64,000 nt of DNA from an uncultured Spirochaetota bacterium. GTDB taxonomy: Bacteria; Spirochaetota; Spirochaetia; SZUA-6; CAVTHK01. The notes under the pieces were generated by a model, which was not told the DNA's origin, did no database searches, and saw only the letters and a list, made by a program, of their open reading frames with translations. Positions 44,823 to 54,924 of this stretch are shown here, one piece after another. The position numbers and the translations under genes are program-made. Numbering within the stretch: position 1 is the stretch's first letter; each line of letters begins with the position of its first letter. The DNA is taken from the NCBI GenBank assembly GCA_963734495.1, contig CAVTHK010000006.1, forward strand, positions 57,109 through 121,108. Direction: 5' to 3'.

Positions 44823-45587
44823 ATGCTCGCACAGCAGCGGCGCATGAAGATCCTGGAGATGCTCCAGGAAGAGGGAAGCGCGCGGGTCAGCGACCTGAGC
44901 CGCGCGTTCGGCGTCTCCGAGCCGACGATCCGCCAGGACCTCGACCGCCTGCAGGACGAAGGGCTCGTCGGCCGCGAGCACGGCGGCGCCTACCTCAAGA
45001 GCATGCCCCAGCAGGTGCGCTCGCTGTCGCTGCAGCGCACGGAGAACATGGACAAGAAGGCGCGCATCGGCCGCGCCGCGGCCGGCATCATCGAGAACGG
45101 CGACTCGATCATCCTCGACTCCGGCTCGACCGTGACCGAGATCGCGAAGAACCTCGAGGACAAGCGCGACCTGCAGATCATCACCAACGCGCTGAACATC
45201 GGCCTCATGCTCGGGGCGCACTCCTCTTTCGTCGTCATGGTGACCGGCGGCGAGTTCAAGGCCCCCACGCTGTCGCTCACGGGCGAGAAGGCGGCGGCCT
45301 TCTTCTCACAGATTCATGTGAAGAAGTTGTTCCTGGCCACCGGCGGCATCTCCTACGACGTCGGGCTCACCTACCCCGGCCTGAGCGACCTTCCGGTCAA
45401 GAGCGCGATGATCGAGGCGGCCGAGGAGACCTACCTCGTCGCCGACTCGACGAAGATCGGGCGCATGGCGTTCGCGGCGCTCGGCGCGCTGGACCGCATC
45501 CAGTACCTCATCACCGACGGCGGCATCTCGGACAAGGACCTCAAGGAGTTCGAGTCGCGCGGGATCAAGGTGATCCTCGCGGAGTAG
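44823..45587 (+). CDS. DeoR/GlpR family transcriptional regulator
   Basis: VSEPTIRQDL, HGGA, LDSGST, ITNAL, ADSTK. Confidence 0.95.
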   Translation: MLAQQRRMKILEMLQEEGSARVSDLSRAFGVSEPTIRQDLDRLQDEGLVGREHGGAYLKSMPQQVRSLSLQRTENMDKKARIGRAAAGIIENGDSIILDSGSTVTEIAKNLEDKRDLQIITNALNIGLMLGAHSSFVVMVTGGEFKAPTLSLTGEKAAAFFSQIHVKKLFLATGGISYDVGLTYPGLSDLPVKSAMIEAAEETYLVADSTKIGRMAFAALGALDRIQYLITDGGISDKDLKEFESRGIKVILAE

Positions 45588-45635
45588 CGGGACGGCCTCG
45601 CCGGGGTCGGCGAGGGTGTGGGCGGGAGAGCTGTC

Positions 45636-46868
45636 TTGAAAAACACGACGAAGGCGACCATCATCTCGCTCCTTTCGACGATCGGATTCTTCGGCATCTT
45701 TTCGACGACCATCTCGAAGAACCCGGTCTTGCCGCTCTTTCTCAAGTCGATGGGCGCGGGAACGGACGTCATCGGCATCGTCTCCGCGATCTCGCCCCTC
45801 GCGGGCATTCTGTTCAGCTTTCCGGTCGGGCTCCTCGCGGACCGGCTCGGCAAGAAGAGACTGCTCATCGTATCCGCGTTCGTCTTTCTCCTTGCTCCTG
45901 TCCTCTACGTGTTCGTGCAGAATCCCTGGTGGCTCATCCCCGTGCGTTTCTTCCACGGCATCGCGACCGCCATCCTCGGGCCGGTCTCCGCGGCTCTCAT
46001 CCTCAGCGCGTACAAGGAGACAAAGGGAGAGAAGCTCGGCATCTACTCGTCGGCGACTCTCGTGGGGCGGACCCTCGCGCCGATCCTGGGCGGGGCCATC
46101 ATTTCGGTTTTCGCGGCCCTTTCGGGCGCCTGGAACTTCCGGCTCGTCTACGTCGCGGCTTTCCTCCTCGCGACGCCGGTATTCGTGATGTCGTTCATGA
46201 TGCCGGACGACCGCTCGGCCGAGTCGGGGATCAAGAAGGTGGCGCTCGCGGACTTCGGCAGGAGCCTCTTCGCGTTCGTGTCGAACGGGCGGCTCCTCGG
46301 GACGGCCCTGATCGAGATGGCCGCCTACTTTACCTACGGAGCCTTCGAGACGTACCTGCCGCTGTACCTCCAGGGGAAGGGTCTCCCGCCGTACCAGATC
46401 GGGTTCATCTTCTCGCTGCAGATCCTGGCCATCGCCGTCTCGAAGCCGCTGTTCGGCCGGCTGTCCGATCGCATCGACCGCAGGCTGCAGATCCTCGCCG
46501 GCATCGTCCTCCTCGGAGGATCGTTCGCGCTCATCCCGGTGTTCTCCGGAATCGTGGCCGCGACCGCGATCGGCATCGTCTTCGGCCTCGGGCTTTCTCT
46601 CTCGACGGTCGCGACCAGCACCTACGTTTCGGATGTCGCGGCGGAGGAGAGCCTCGGCGCTTCCATGGGGGCCCTGAGCTCCATCATGGACATAGGCCAG
46701 TCGAGCGGTCCTTTCGTCATCGGCGTCGTCATCCAGGCTTCGACGATGACGCTGGGATTCCTGGTCGATTTCTGCGTATGCCTGGTCTGCGCCGTCGTCT
46801 TCGCGGCCCTGTGCTTCACGCGCACGAAACGCCGGCCGCCCTCCCCGGCCCCGGGGTCGGTTTCCTGA
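45636..46868 (+). CDS. MFS transporter
   Basis: GLLADRLGKK and GRLSDRIDRR motif A repeats; 12 TM segments; start approximate. Confidence 0.9.
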   Translation: MKNTTKATIISLLSTIGFFGIFSTTISKNPVLPLFLKSMGAGTDVIGIVSAISPLAGILFSFPVGLLADRLGKKRLLIVSAFVFLLAPVLYVFVQNPWWLIPVRFFHGIATAILGPVSAALILSAYKETKGEKLGIYSSATLVGRTLAPILGGAIISVFAALSGAWNFRLVYVAAFLLATPVFVMSFMMPDDRSAESGIKKVALADFGRSLFAFVSNGRLLGTALIEMAAYFTYGAFETYLPLYLQGKGLPPYQIGFIFSLQILAIAVSKPLFGRLSDRIDRRLQILAGIVLLGGSFALIPVFSGIVAATAIGIVFGLGLSLSTVATSTYVSDVAAEESLGASMGALSSIMDIGQSSGPFVIGVVIQASTMTLGFLVDFCVCLVCAVVFAALCFTRTKRRPPSPAPGSVS

Positions 46869-46896
46869 CGGAAGGCGCTGCCGCTCCGCGGCCGCC

Positions 46897-47616
46897 TCAG
46901 CCGCTTCCCCGCGTGCGGCCGCGCGCCGCGGACCGCTTCGGCCGACTTGCGGCGCGGCGCGCGTTCGGCTCTGGGCCGGGCCGATGGGTGCGCACGCGCC
47001 CCACGAGAAAGTTGACGCTCCTCCAGATGTCGTTCTTTGTGGGACGACCCGGCAGCATGAGGTAGTGGTACAGCAGCGCGGCCGAGAGAAGCATCATGAG
47101 TCGATCGATGTCGGCCGAAGCGTCGATCTCTCCCCGCTCGATTGCCCGCTGGAAGACCGCACGCATCATCTCGAATCGGGGAGTGATGTAGGCGGACCAC
47201 CAGGCCTCCCGCAGGGAGTCGGCCATGGAGACTTCGGTCATGACGAGCAGCCACAGGCGCCGCACGGATGCGTCTGACAAGGCCCGCTCCATCGCGTCGA
47301 CCATCCCCTCCAGATCGCGGGCGAGACTGCCGGTGTCCGGCAGCGCGAAATGCGGTCTCCAGGATTCGATCGCCTCCGCGACGAGCTCCTCTTTTCGCTT
47401 CCACCGCCGGTAGATCGTCGGCCGCCCCACGCCCGCTCGCGAGGCTACAGCCTCGAAGGTGAGGCCGTCGAACCCTCGCTTCCCGAGAACCTCGAGTGTC
47501 GCGCTCAGGATAGCCTGGTGCGCCTCCCGGCTCCGCGGCCTGCCGCGCCCGCGTTCCGCGGCTGCTGCGGCTGCTGCGGCTGCTGCGGCAGGCGACGAAT
47601 CATAGTCTCGGCTCAC
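46897..47616 (-). CDS. TetR/AcrR family regulator
   Basis: RGRPRS, GFDGLTFEAVASRAGVGRPTIYRRW, PDTGSL. Confidence 0.93.
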   Translation of the reverse strand: MSRDYDSSPAAAAAAAAAAAERGRGRPRSREAHQAILSATLEVLGKRGFDGLTFEAVASRAGVGRPTIYRRWKRKEELVAEAIESWRPHFALPDTGSLARDLEGMVDAMERALSDASVRRLWLLVMTEVSMADSLREAWWSAYITPRFEMMRAVFQRAIERGEIDASADIDRLMMLLSAALLYHYLMLPGRPTKNDIWRSVNFLVGRVRTHRPGPEPNARRAASRPKRSAARGRTRGSG

Positions 47617-47717
47617 GCGTTCGTTCCCCCCCCCCGCACCGCCGGCGTTCCCTCACGTCGCGACGGTGCCTGTGGATGCCGGCACGGTACCGCGAAGCCC
47701 GCATCGCCCAGCGCGTC

Positions 47718-47763
47718 TTGACGCGCCCCGCCCGTCTACTTATATTACGTTACAGTAGCGTAA
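47718..47763 (+). promoter_or_regulatory. sigma70 promoter and candidate TetR operator
   Basis: TTGACG-17 nt-TATATT; near-palindrome TTACGTTAC-A-GTAGCGTAA (47745-47763) over the -10/+1 region. Confidence 0.75.
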
Positions 47764-47867
47764 AGTAAATGTCAAGGGGGCGGCAGCGCGCTGGTCGTGG
47801 ATGAAGATCTCGACCGACGGCGCGGACAACCCGGGCGCGGAGGGCGGAGTCCGCGCGCGGACCCCAT

Positions 47868-49403
47868 TTGGTCTACGCTGTGGTGCTGGCGGCGTCCGGA
47901 TGGCTGGCCGACCGTTTCGGCTACAAGACCGTCTTTCTCGCCGCGCTGGTCCTCTTTACGACGGGTTCGTTTCTCTGCAGCGTCTCGTGGAGCCTGGGCG
48001 CGCTCATTGCCTCCCGCGCGGTCCAAGGCGTCGGCGGCGGGCTGCTCATGCCGGTCAGCATGGCCATGGTCACGAGAGAGTTCCCCAAGGAAAAGCTGGG
48101 CATCGCGGTGGCAGTGTGGTCGATGCCCGCCCTGGCGTCGACCTCTTTTGGTCCAACGCTCGGCGGATGGCTCATCGACAACTTCTCGTGGCAGACGATG
48201 TTCGACGTCAACGTGCCCATCGGCATCCTCGCCTTCGCGGCGTGCTCCCGCGTTCTGCGCGAGCACCGCGCGGCGGAGCGTCCTCCGTTCGACTTTGCCG
48301 GCTTCGCGAGCCTCACCATCGCCTTGTCGGCGCTGCTCCTGGCCCTCGCGGACGGAAACGCGGCATGGAACACCGACGGCTGGACATCCACGTTCATCGT
48401 GAGCTGCTTTAGCGTCTCTGCCGCCGCGTTCGCCCTGTTCTTCGTCTGCCAGCTGACGTCGGCCTACCCGGTCATCGATTTCTCGCTCTTCAGGATCTAC
48501 AACTTCGGCATGAGCACGATGGTGATCTTCATATTCGGGCTGGGCATCTTCGGAAGCGACTTCCTGCTTCCGCTCTACCTTCAGAACGGGCTCGGCTACA
48601 CCCCCACGCAGGCAGGGATGGTCTTTATACCGTTCGGCTTCGTCATGATGGCGACAGGCGCCATCGGCGGCAGGCTGACCGATCGGATCGGCGCAAAGAT
48701 CCCCGGCGTGACCGGGATCCTCCTGCGGGCCCTGGGGATGTATCGCTTTACCTTTCTGACGACGTATTCCAGCAACGCGGAGATTCTCGGGACCGTATGC
48801 CTGCTTGCCGCCGGGATGGGCTTCCTGATGGCGCCCCTGCAGGCAACGGCCATCCAGGCGATCCCGGAGTCAAAGACAGCGCAGGCATCCGGCCTGATTC
48901 AGATCATTCGACAGATCGGCGGCAGCTTCGGCGTCGCGGTCCTCAGCACCCTGCTCGTGGACCGCGAGAAATTCCACCTCGCCATCGTCGGACAGACCAT
49001 GAACGCACAGTCACCTGCTGCAAAGGAGGTCCTCTCCCGGGCGTTCTTCCATGCACTTCGCGCGACCGGCGGCACGACGGCAGATGCCGTGAGCAAGGGC
49101 CAGGCGCTGGTGCTGAGTCACTTGCAGACACAAGTCTTTGTCTGGTCGATCGACGACGTCTTCTTCGCGGCCATGCTCATCAGCGTCATCTCGTCGATCC
49201 CGTTCCTCTTCCTCAAGAACAGCGGCGCTCCCGGGCCCCTCGGCGAGGGTGACGCCGGCGGCGCCTCGGCCGCGGAAAGCCCGTCCGTCGGCGTTGTTCG
49301 CGGCAGCGGCCTGCCCGGTGCGGTAGCTCCCGAGCGAGGGGGGGCCGGGTTGCTGTCCCGGCGAGGCGCGTCCTATATTGAGCGCAAGTCCGTTCAGGGT
49401 TGA
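47868..49403 (+). CDS. DHA2 (EmrB/QacA) efflux MFS, apparently lacking TM1 and part of TM2
   Basis: GWLADRFG, RAVQGVGGG, GPTLGGWL, NVPIG, LPLYLQ, RQIGGSFG; the usual DxTIVNVALP N-terminus is absent. Confidence 0.8.
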   Translation: MVYAVVLAASGWLADRFGYKTVFLAALVLFTTGSFLCSVSWSLGALIASRAVQGVGGGLLMPVSMAMVTREFPKEKLGIAVAVWSMPALASTSFGPTLGGWLIDNFSWQTMFDVNVPIGILAFAACSRVLREHRAAERPPFDFAGFASLTIALSALLLALADGNAAWNTDGWTSTFIVSCFSVSAAAFALFFVCQLTSAYPVIDFSLFRIYNFGMSTMVIFIFGLGIFGSDFLLPLYLQNGLGYTPTQAGMVFIPFGFVMMATGAIGGRLTDRIGAKIPGVTGILLRALGMYRFTFLTTYSSNAEILGTVCLLAAGMGFLMAPLQATAIQAIPESKTAQASGLIQIIRQIGGSFGVAVLSTLLVDREKFHLAIVGQTMNAQSPAAKEVLSRAFFHALRATGGTTADAVSKGQALVLSHLQTQVFVWSIDDVFFAAMLISVISSIPFLFLKNSGAPGPLGEGDAGGASAAESPSVGVVRGSGLPGAVAPERGGAGLLSRRGASYIERKSVQG

Positions 49404-49414
49404 CGGGAGGTGCC

Positions 49415-50266
49415 ATGTCCACCGGTGTCGAGCCTTTCTTCGAGACGCGCCGCATCGGCGCCGCGGAGGTAACGACCATTTCCGAAGGGACCCTGCCGTG
49501 GGCGCCGAAGCTGCAGGCTCCCGAAGCGGATTGGCGCAGAGAGATGCCGGAGGCGGATGTGCAGGGCGTCGCGCCGCTGGGGCTCGCGGTGGCCCTGATC
49601 CGGGTCGGCGGCGCCTCTGTTCTCGTCGACCCCGGCTTCGACACGCCGGGCTCGCCCGGGGATGCGGCGTTTCACGGCCTCATCCGTTCGCCCGGCCTGG
49701 AGGCGGCGCTCGACGCGCTCGGCGTCGCGCAGACTGCGATCACCCATGTGCTGATCACCCACACCCACGGCGACCACTACGCGGGCGTGACGGTCGAGCG
49801 GAACGGAGCCCGTGTACCGCGGTATCCGAACGCGCGCGTCTTCGTGGGACGCGCGGACTGGGAGCAGAGCCCGCAGCGGGACAAGCCGGACTCGCCGCTG
49901 GTGAAGCACCTGGGCAGCCTCCTGCGCCTCGGCCTGCTCGAGCTGATGGACGAGGAGCGCGAGATCGTGCCGGGCGTCAGCCTGGTGCCCACGCCGGGAG
50001 AGTCTCCCGGTCACTGCGTTGTCCGGGTCCGCTCCGCCGGCCGCACTTTTTTCTACCTCGGCGACCTCATCCATCACGCGTGCGAAATCGCCCACCTGGA
50101 CTGGATGCCCGCCGGGCGCAGCGCGGGCCCGCTGCGGGAATCGCGCAGGCGCATCATGGCTGAGGCTGCATCGAGCGGCGCGACTGTGATCTACTCGCAC
50201 GAGCCGTACCCGCCGTGGGGGACCGTCGTCCGCGAAGGCAGCGGCTATCGCTGGCGGCGCGGATAG
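49415..50266 (+). CDS. MBL-fold metallo-hydrolase
   Basis: VLVDPG, THTHGDH, PGESPGH, GDLIH. Confidence 0.9.
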   Translation: MSTGVEPFFETRRIGAAEVTTISEGTLPWAPKLQAPEADWRREMPEADVQGVAPLGLAVALIRVGGASVLVDPGFDTPGSPGDAAFHGLIRSPGLEAALDALGVAQTAITHVLITHTHGDHYAGVTVERNGARVPRYPNARVFVGRADWEQSPQRDKPDSPLVKHLGSLLRLGLLELMDEEREIVPGVSLVPTPGESPGHCVVRVRSAGRTFFYLGDLIHHACEIAHLDWMPAGRSAGPLRESRRRIMAEAASSGATVIYSHEPYPPWGTVVREGSGYRWRRG

Positions 50267-50371
50267 GCGAGTCGCGAACGACCCGCCGCGCCGCGGGCCC
50301 AGCCCGAGCGATGGTCACGGCAGCAGAGGTGATGCGATGGACGCAGCCCGGGAAACGGGAGGTTACCTTCA

Positions 50372-51363
50372 ATGTATATGAGCCCCTACGCCGCGCTGGC
50401 GGGGAAGGGCCTGTGGCTGAAAGCGAACTTCCACGTCCACGCGGTTCCCGACGGAATCGGAGGACAGTGGACCGCGAAACAGCTGGAGCGGCGTCGCCAA
50501 TGGCGAAGCCGGCCTGGGACGGCGCACCGGTGAGGGGGCCGCTGAACGACGTGTCCAAGGTGGTCGCGCTCTACAAGGATGCGGGCTACGACGTGCTCAC
50601 GATCGCGGACCAGAGCTCGCTGATGGACACGAGGGAGCTCGGCGAAAAGCTCGACATCCTCACCATCAGGGGCATTGAGAACATCGAGCACGACGGGATC
50701 CTGTGCATCGGCATCGAGGAGCTCATCAGGGGAGAGCCGCAGGAGGTGATCAACGAGTGCGCGAGACAGGGCGGCTTCTCGATCATCTGCCACCCGAACC
50801 TCCTTCCCGCGCCGGGACTTCATGAGCTCCTCGCGAAGCACACGACCAAGTCGCTCACGGGCTACGACGGCATCGAGATCCTCACGCCGGCCGTGTTCAA
50901 GGGGCTCATGGGGTCAGGCCTTGCGACGGATTTCTGGGACGAGCTTCTCACGGCCGGCAAGCTCGTCTGGGGCTTCGGCAACGACGACTTCCACTGGTTC
51001 TGGGAGATGGACAGGGCGTGGAACTGGGTGTTCGCGGACGGGCGCGGCGTTGCGGAGATCAAGGCCGCCGTGAAGCGCGGCAGCACGTACGTGTCGACCG
51101 GGCTCGTGCTGTCGCGGTTCTCGCTCGAGGGCGGCGTGCTCGAGGTCGGCGCGACGCTGCCCGGGGGCCAGCCACGGAGAACGCACTACGAGTTCGTCGG
51201 GGAAGACGGCACCGTGCTGGCGGAGTGCTCAGGTGCCGCTGAGACTGCGCGTTATCGGCTCGGCGGCAATGAGGCGTACGTGCGTGTTCATGCGGCGAGC
51301 GAAGATGGAGCCGCGCTCTGGACGCAGCCGGTCTACGACGACGCGAGGCTGAAGCGGGTGTGA
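50372..51363 (+). CDS. PHP-domain metal-dependent hydrolase (frameshift between about 50440 and 50530)
   Basis: WLKANFHVH in the frame of ATG 50372; YKDAGYD, CHPN, GIEI, WDELL, GNDDFH, WTQP in ORF 50215-51363. Confidence 0.8.
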
Positions 51364-51413
51364 CGGGCCGGCGGGTGGCGGGCCGGCGGGCGGTCGCGGG
51401 AAGGAAGCGAGTC

Positions 51414-52097
51414 ATGGAGCTGGTCGGCGGGATCCACAGGGTCGATGGAATCCGAGGCGTCAACTGCTACGTGGTGGAGGGCGCCGAGGGGCTCACCCTC
51501 GTCGATACCGGCGCGCCCGGCAGCGGGCGGCGCATTCTCGAGTACATCAAGAGGCTCGGGAAACGTGAGAAAGATCTGCGCGTGATCCTTCTCACGCATT
51601 CAGATGTCGATCACGTCGGGAGCGCGGCAGCCCTCAAGCGAAGGACAGGCGCGAGGATCGCGATCCACGAAGGGGATGCGGCGAGCCTCTCAGGGACCAG
51701 GGAAGGAAAGAGGGTCAAAGGTGCTTTGGGCGCGCTGTTGCGCTTTGCGATGCTGTTCATCAAGGCGGAACACGTGCAGGCCGACGTTCTGCTCGAGGAT
51801 GGCGAGAAGATCGGATCCCTGACGGTGATCGCCACGCCGGGCCACACTCAGGGACACTGCTGCTTTCTGCACGAAACGAGCCGGACCATCTTCGTCGGCG
51901 ACGCCCTGCGCACCACGAGGGGTGGCGACGTCAGGATCTCGCCGGACATCATGAACCTGAGCACCGAGCAAGCCTGGAAGTCGGCGGAGATCCTCGCTTC
52001 GCGGGATTTCGACGCCTTGCTGCCGGGGCACGGGGAGCCGCTGCTGCAGGCGGCAGGCGAGCGGGTCAGGCGGCTGGTGCAATCGCACGGCACGTGA
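51414..52097 (+). CDS. MBL-fold metallo-hydrolase
   Basis: LVDTG, THSDVDHVG, TPGHTQGH, GDA, PGHG. Confidence 0.92.
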   Translation: MELVGGIHRVDGIRGVNCYVVEGAEGLTLVDTGAPGSGRRILEYIKRLGKREKDLRVILLTHSDVDHVGSAAALKRRTGARIAIHEGDAASLSGTREGKRVKGALGALLRFAMLFIKAEHVQADVLLEDGEKIGSLTVIATPGHTQGHCCFLHETSRTIFVGDALRTTRGGDVRISPDIMNLSTEQAWKSAEILASRDFDALLPGHGEPLLQAAGERVRRLVQSHGT

Positions 52098-52266
52098 AAG
52101 GCCGGCAGGGGCACGGTCCCCGCCCGGTGTGGTCTGCGGACGCGGAGATGCCGCGCACCGCGGACGCGCCTGCGACCCCGCCGAGGCGTGCCAGAGCAGG
52201 CGCGGGGTCGAGGGCTACGCCAGGCTGCGATCGAGCGCGCGCAGATCGGAGCTCGCGGGGCGGACC

Positions 52267-52958
52267 CTAAGACAGCGACCTCGCCGCCTCCAGGCCGAGA
52301 CCAAGCGTCAGAAGGAACTGCGCCGCGATGTAGAGCAGAGCCACGACGAAGCTCGCGTACCTCGATTCTGTTCTTGAATCGAAACAGCCGGAACGCGAGC
52401 ACGGTGTCCGATGCCATGAACAACAGCGAGCCGGCGCAGAGGAATCCAGAACGCAGCACCGTAGCGCCAGCCTCCCCTGAATGCAGCGGCGAATCCCATG
52501 AGGCAGAGACCGACGCTGTAGACAACTACGGGCGTGGCCATATCGCCGAGATCCGGCCGCAGGGCGAGGTACATGCAGGTGCCGTAGGCGACGTACGGGA
52601 GGGCCAGGAGATAGCGCCAGGCCGGCGTGACCGCCACGGACGAAAAGGGCACCAGCAGGGTTGTCGTCCAGAAGAGAAGGCACACCAGGAACGACCCGAG
52701 GCCCAGCATCAGGAAGGTTTCGCGTTCCGACCGCAACATGAAGACGTCGCCGGCGAAGCCGAACCCGAGCGCCGCCAATACCGGCCAGGCCGGCCAGCCG
52801 AGGCTCGGAGAGGCGAGTGCGAAGCTCAGCCCCAGGAACGGCATCAGGACGGACATCGAGACGTACTCGACCTTCCGCACCTTGAGCAGGCTCGCCGCGA
52901 GCTCCACGATCGAGAACGCGCAGAAAAGGCCGAAGGGGACGAGGACGAAGACTTTCAT
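52267..52958 (-). CDS. YhhN/lysoplasmalogenase family membrane protein (frameshifted)
   Basis: GDVFML, FLMLGLGSFLV, PVVVYS, GSLLFMASDTVLA, LYIAAQ distributed over three frames. Confidence 0.8.
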
Positions 52959-53316
52959 TCTTTCCTCCCCGAGGACTCCGTCAGGGCGGGGCGCCGGCGC
53001 GGCACGCCGTCTCGTTCACATCCGGGCCCCCTTGGCATGGGAGCCCGGTTGCGCACCTTGAAGTATAGGAGCGGCGGGTGGGTCACTGCACACGGATTGC
53101 CGCGGCGTTGCCGGCGGGCATCGTCGCGCTGCTGCTGGCGCTGTGCCTCCATGGCGCCGGCCGAAGCGGCCGCCCGGGCCGAGATCGTCCGCCCGGGTGT
53201 TCTCGATAGGATCAATGCCGCCGGGCGTGACACGACGAACCGATGCAGCCAGGAACTTCCCATCTTCGCCGGTTACGAGGCGGTCGACCATCGCAGCCTC
53301 GTCGAGCGCGATTCTG

Positions 53317-53721
53317 CTATGGCCGGTCCTCGAGAAAGACTTGAGGACGGACAATGCGAATGCCCTCGAATGAGGCCAGCTTGACCAGGTGCCTGTCGCC
53401 TGACACGATCGCCACCGCTCGGGCCTCGACAGCGCACTCCAGAATCATGTTGTCGTCAGGGTCTTCCGCGCAGATGTCTATGCGACGCCCCGGTTTCACC
53501 ACGATTGCCGTCTGCACCACCTGCGCCACGATCATCGTCACTTGTTGGGGCGTCAGGCCGAACCTGGCGCGACTGAGAACGCCTTGGAGCTCTTCGACCA
53601 TCGCGGGACTGATGGCGAGCTCGATTCTGCCGGTGACCGCGAGGTCAAGGAACCTCCTCGGTGGGCCCTCAAAGAGAAGCCCTGAGACGAGCACGTTCGT
53701 ATCGGCGACGATCCGATCCAC
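53317..53721 (-). CDS. PIN-domain toxin (VapC-like)
   Basis: VADTNVLVSG, DPDDNMILECA, IVSGDRHL. Confidence 0.92.
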   Translation of the reverse strand: MDRIVADTNVLVSGLLFEGPPRRFLDLAVTGRIELAISPAMVEELQGVLSRARFGLTPQQVTMIVAQVVQTAIVVKPGRRIDICAEDPDDNMILECAVEARAVAIVSGDRHLVKLASFEGIRIVRPQVFLEDRP

Positions 53722-53724
53722 GGC

Positions 53725-53982
53725 TTACCGACGCCGTTTCTGTTTTCGGTAAGCGGAGATCTCGAGTTCGACGTCTTCCGGCTTCAGCCCTGCTTCCGAC
53801 GCTTGCCGGCCGCCCAGGTCAAAGATAGCCTGCCATCGATTCTTGCTGTCGATGTATGTCCGAGCGGCTTCGCGGATGAGCTCCGACCTGGTTCGCGATT
53901 CCTCCGCCGCCACCTCGTCGATGCGCTCCAGGAGATCTTTCCGGAACGAGATGTTGACTGTAGTGGTCTCCGATTCAGCCAT
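53725..53982 (-). CDS. Ribbon-helix-helix (CopG-like) antitoxin
   Basis: TVNISF, LLERID, RSELIREAAR; 3 nt upstream of the PIN gene. Confidence 0.9.
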   Translation of the reverse strand: MAESETTTVNISFRKDLLERIDEVAAEESRTRSELIREAARTYIDSKNRWQAIFDLGGRQASEAGLKPEDVELEISAYRKQKRRR

Positions 53983-54017
53983 GCTTCAATGGTACATACA
54001 AGGTTTGTATATGTCAA
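53980..54017 (-). promoter_or_regulatory. Leaderless promoter of the TA operon with an operator in the spacer
   Basis: TTGACA-17 nt-TACCAT-6 nt-ATG; inverted repeat ATACAA-GGT-TTGTAT at 53996-54010. Confidence 0.8.
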
Positions 54018-54068
54018 CAACGATCCACCCAAGCCCGTTCCGCTTGGGATTCCCGGATGATGGGTGTG

Positions 54069-54718
54069 TTACGACTTGAAGCATCGATCGCACAGCGGAC
54101 GCCGCACTGAGGTCCGGATCGGGTCGCCACACGAGTGGCAAAAGCGCTCCTCGTAGTCCGGGTTCGACCAGTCTGCCCATTCGCGATAGCACTCTCGGCA
54201 CAAAGGCTTGTCTGGATCAAGCGGGACGGGTCTCCCGCAGCGGACGCAGAACCCAAGGTCAGCCTCAGCAGAGGCTGAGGGACCCTGCTCCATGAAGTAT
54301 CGTTCGGCATCCTCTGCGATCTGATCGGCTTCTGCCCTTATCTCGTCGTATACGGAACACTCTTCGCTCTTCAGAATCGCCACGCCCATTTCGCGGTTAT
54401 TCGTTTCGGAATACTGATGCAGGTTCATAGAAGTCACGATCGCCCGATTCTCATTCAGGTAGCATTTGGCGTGAAGGTTCGGCAAGAAGAACACTTCTGT
54501 CTTGTCCAGGCACCTTAGCTTCTCCTCCTCCTCGGGACGCAGATGGACCTTGCGATGCACAAGCCGTACCTTGATGCCCTTGTCCTGGGCAGCCTTCAGC
54601 CGATCAACGAAGATGTCCGGAATGGTATATAGGGTATGATCAGCGTCACGAGCTGCCGCGCCTCCCGCACCACTCGCTCGACCTCTCCAGAGACCTGCTC
54701 TGTTGTCAGGAATTGCAT
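54069..54718 (-). CDS. Phospholipase D-family (single HKD-like) nuclease-like protein with C-terminal zinc fingers; frameshift near 54630
   Basis: SD GGAGGTGA; MQFLTTEQVSGEVERVV..LIIPY in one frame, then LHAKCYLNE..TSMNL..NREMG and four CxxC pairs. Confidence 0.82.
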
Positions 54719-54924
54719 ACATCACCTCCGCGCTGTTAGTTGATACTTCGGTGCAGGTGGAGTCGAGCCGGCGAGCGGCGAGATGGTCAGCCGCGGTTTC
54801 CTCGGGCCACTACGGCAGGCCTTCCAGGGCAATCGTTCTCGCGACAGTCGCAGGGAGAGTGGCGTCCAGCGTCGCGGGGAGAGCGGAGGCCGAGGCAGTC
54901 CGCTTTTCGACGGCGTCGCGCGCA

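Noticed and set aside
47558-47589. 9-nt tandem repeat (GCGGCTGCT)
   Set aside because: Simply encodes the poly-Ala stretch at the TetR N-terminus.
53995-54011. Second LexA box at the TA promoter (CATACA half-site)
   Set aside because: Half-site spacing differs from the lexA palindrome; better explained as the RHH antitoxin operator.
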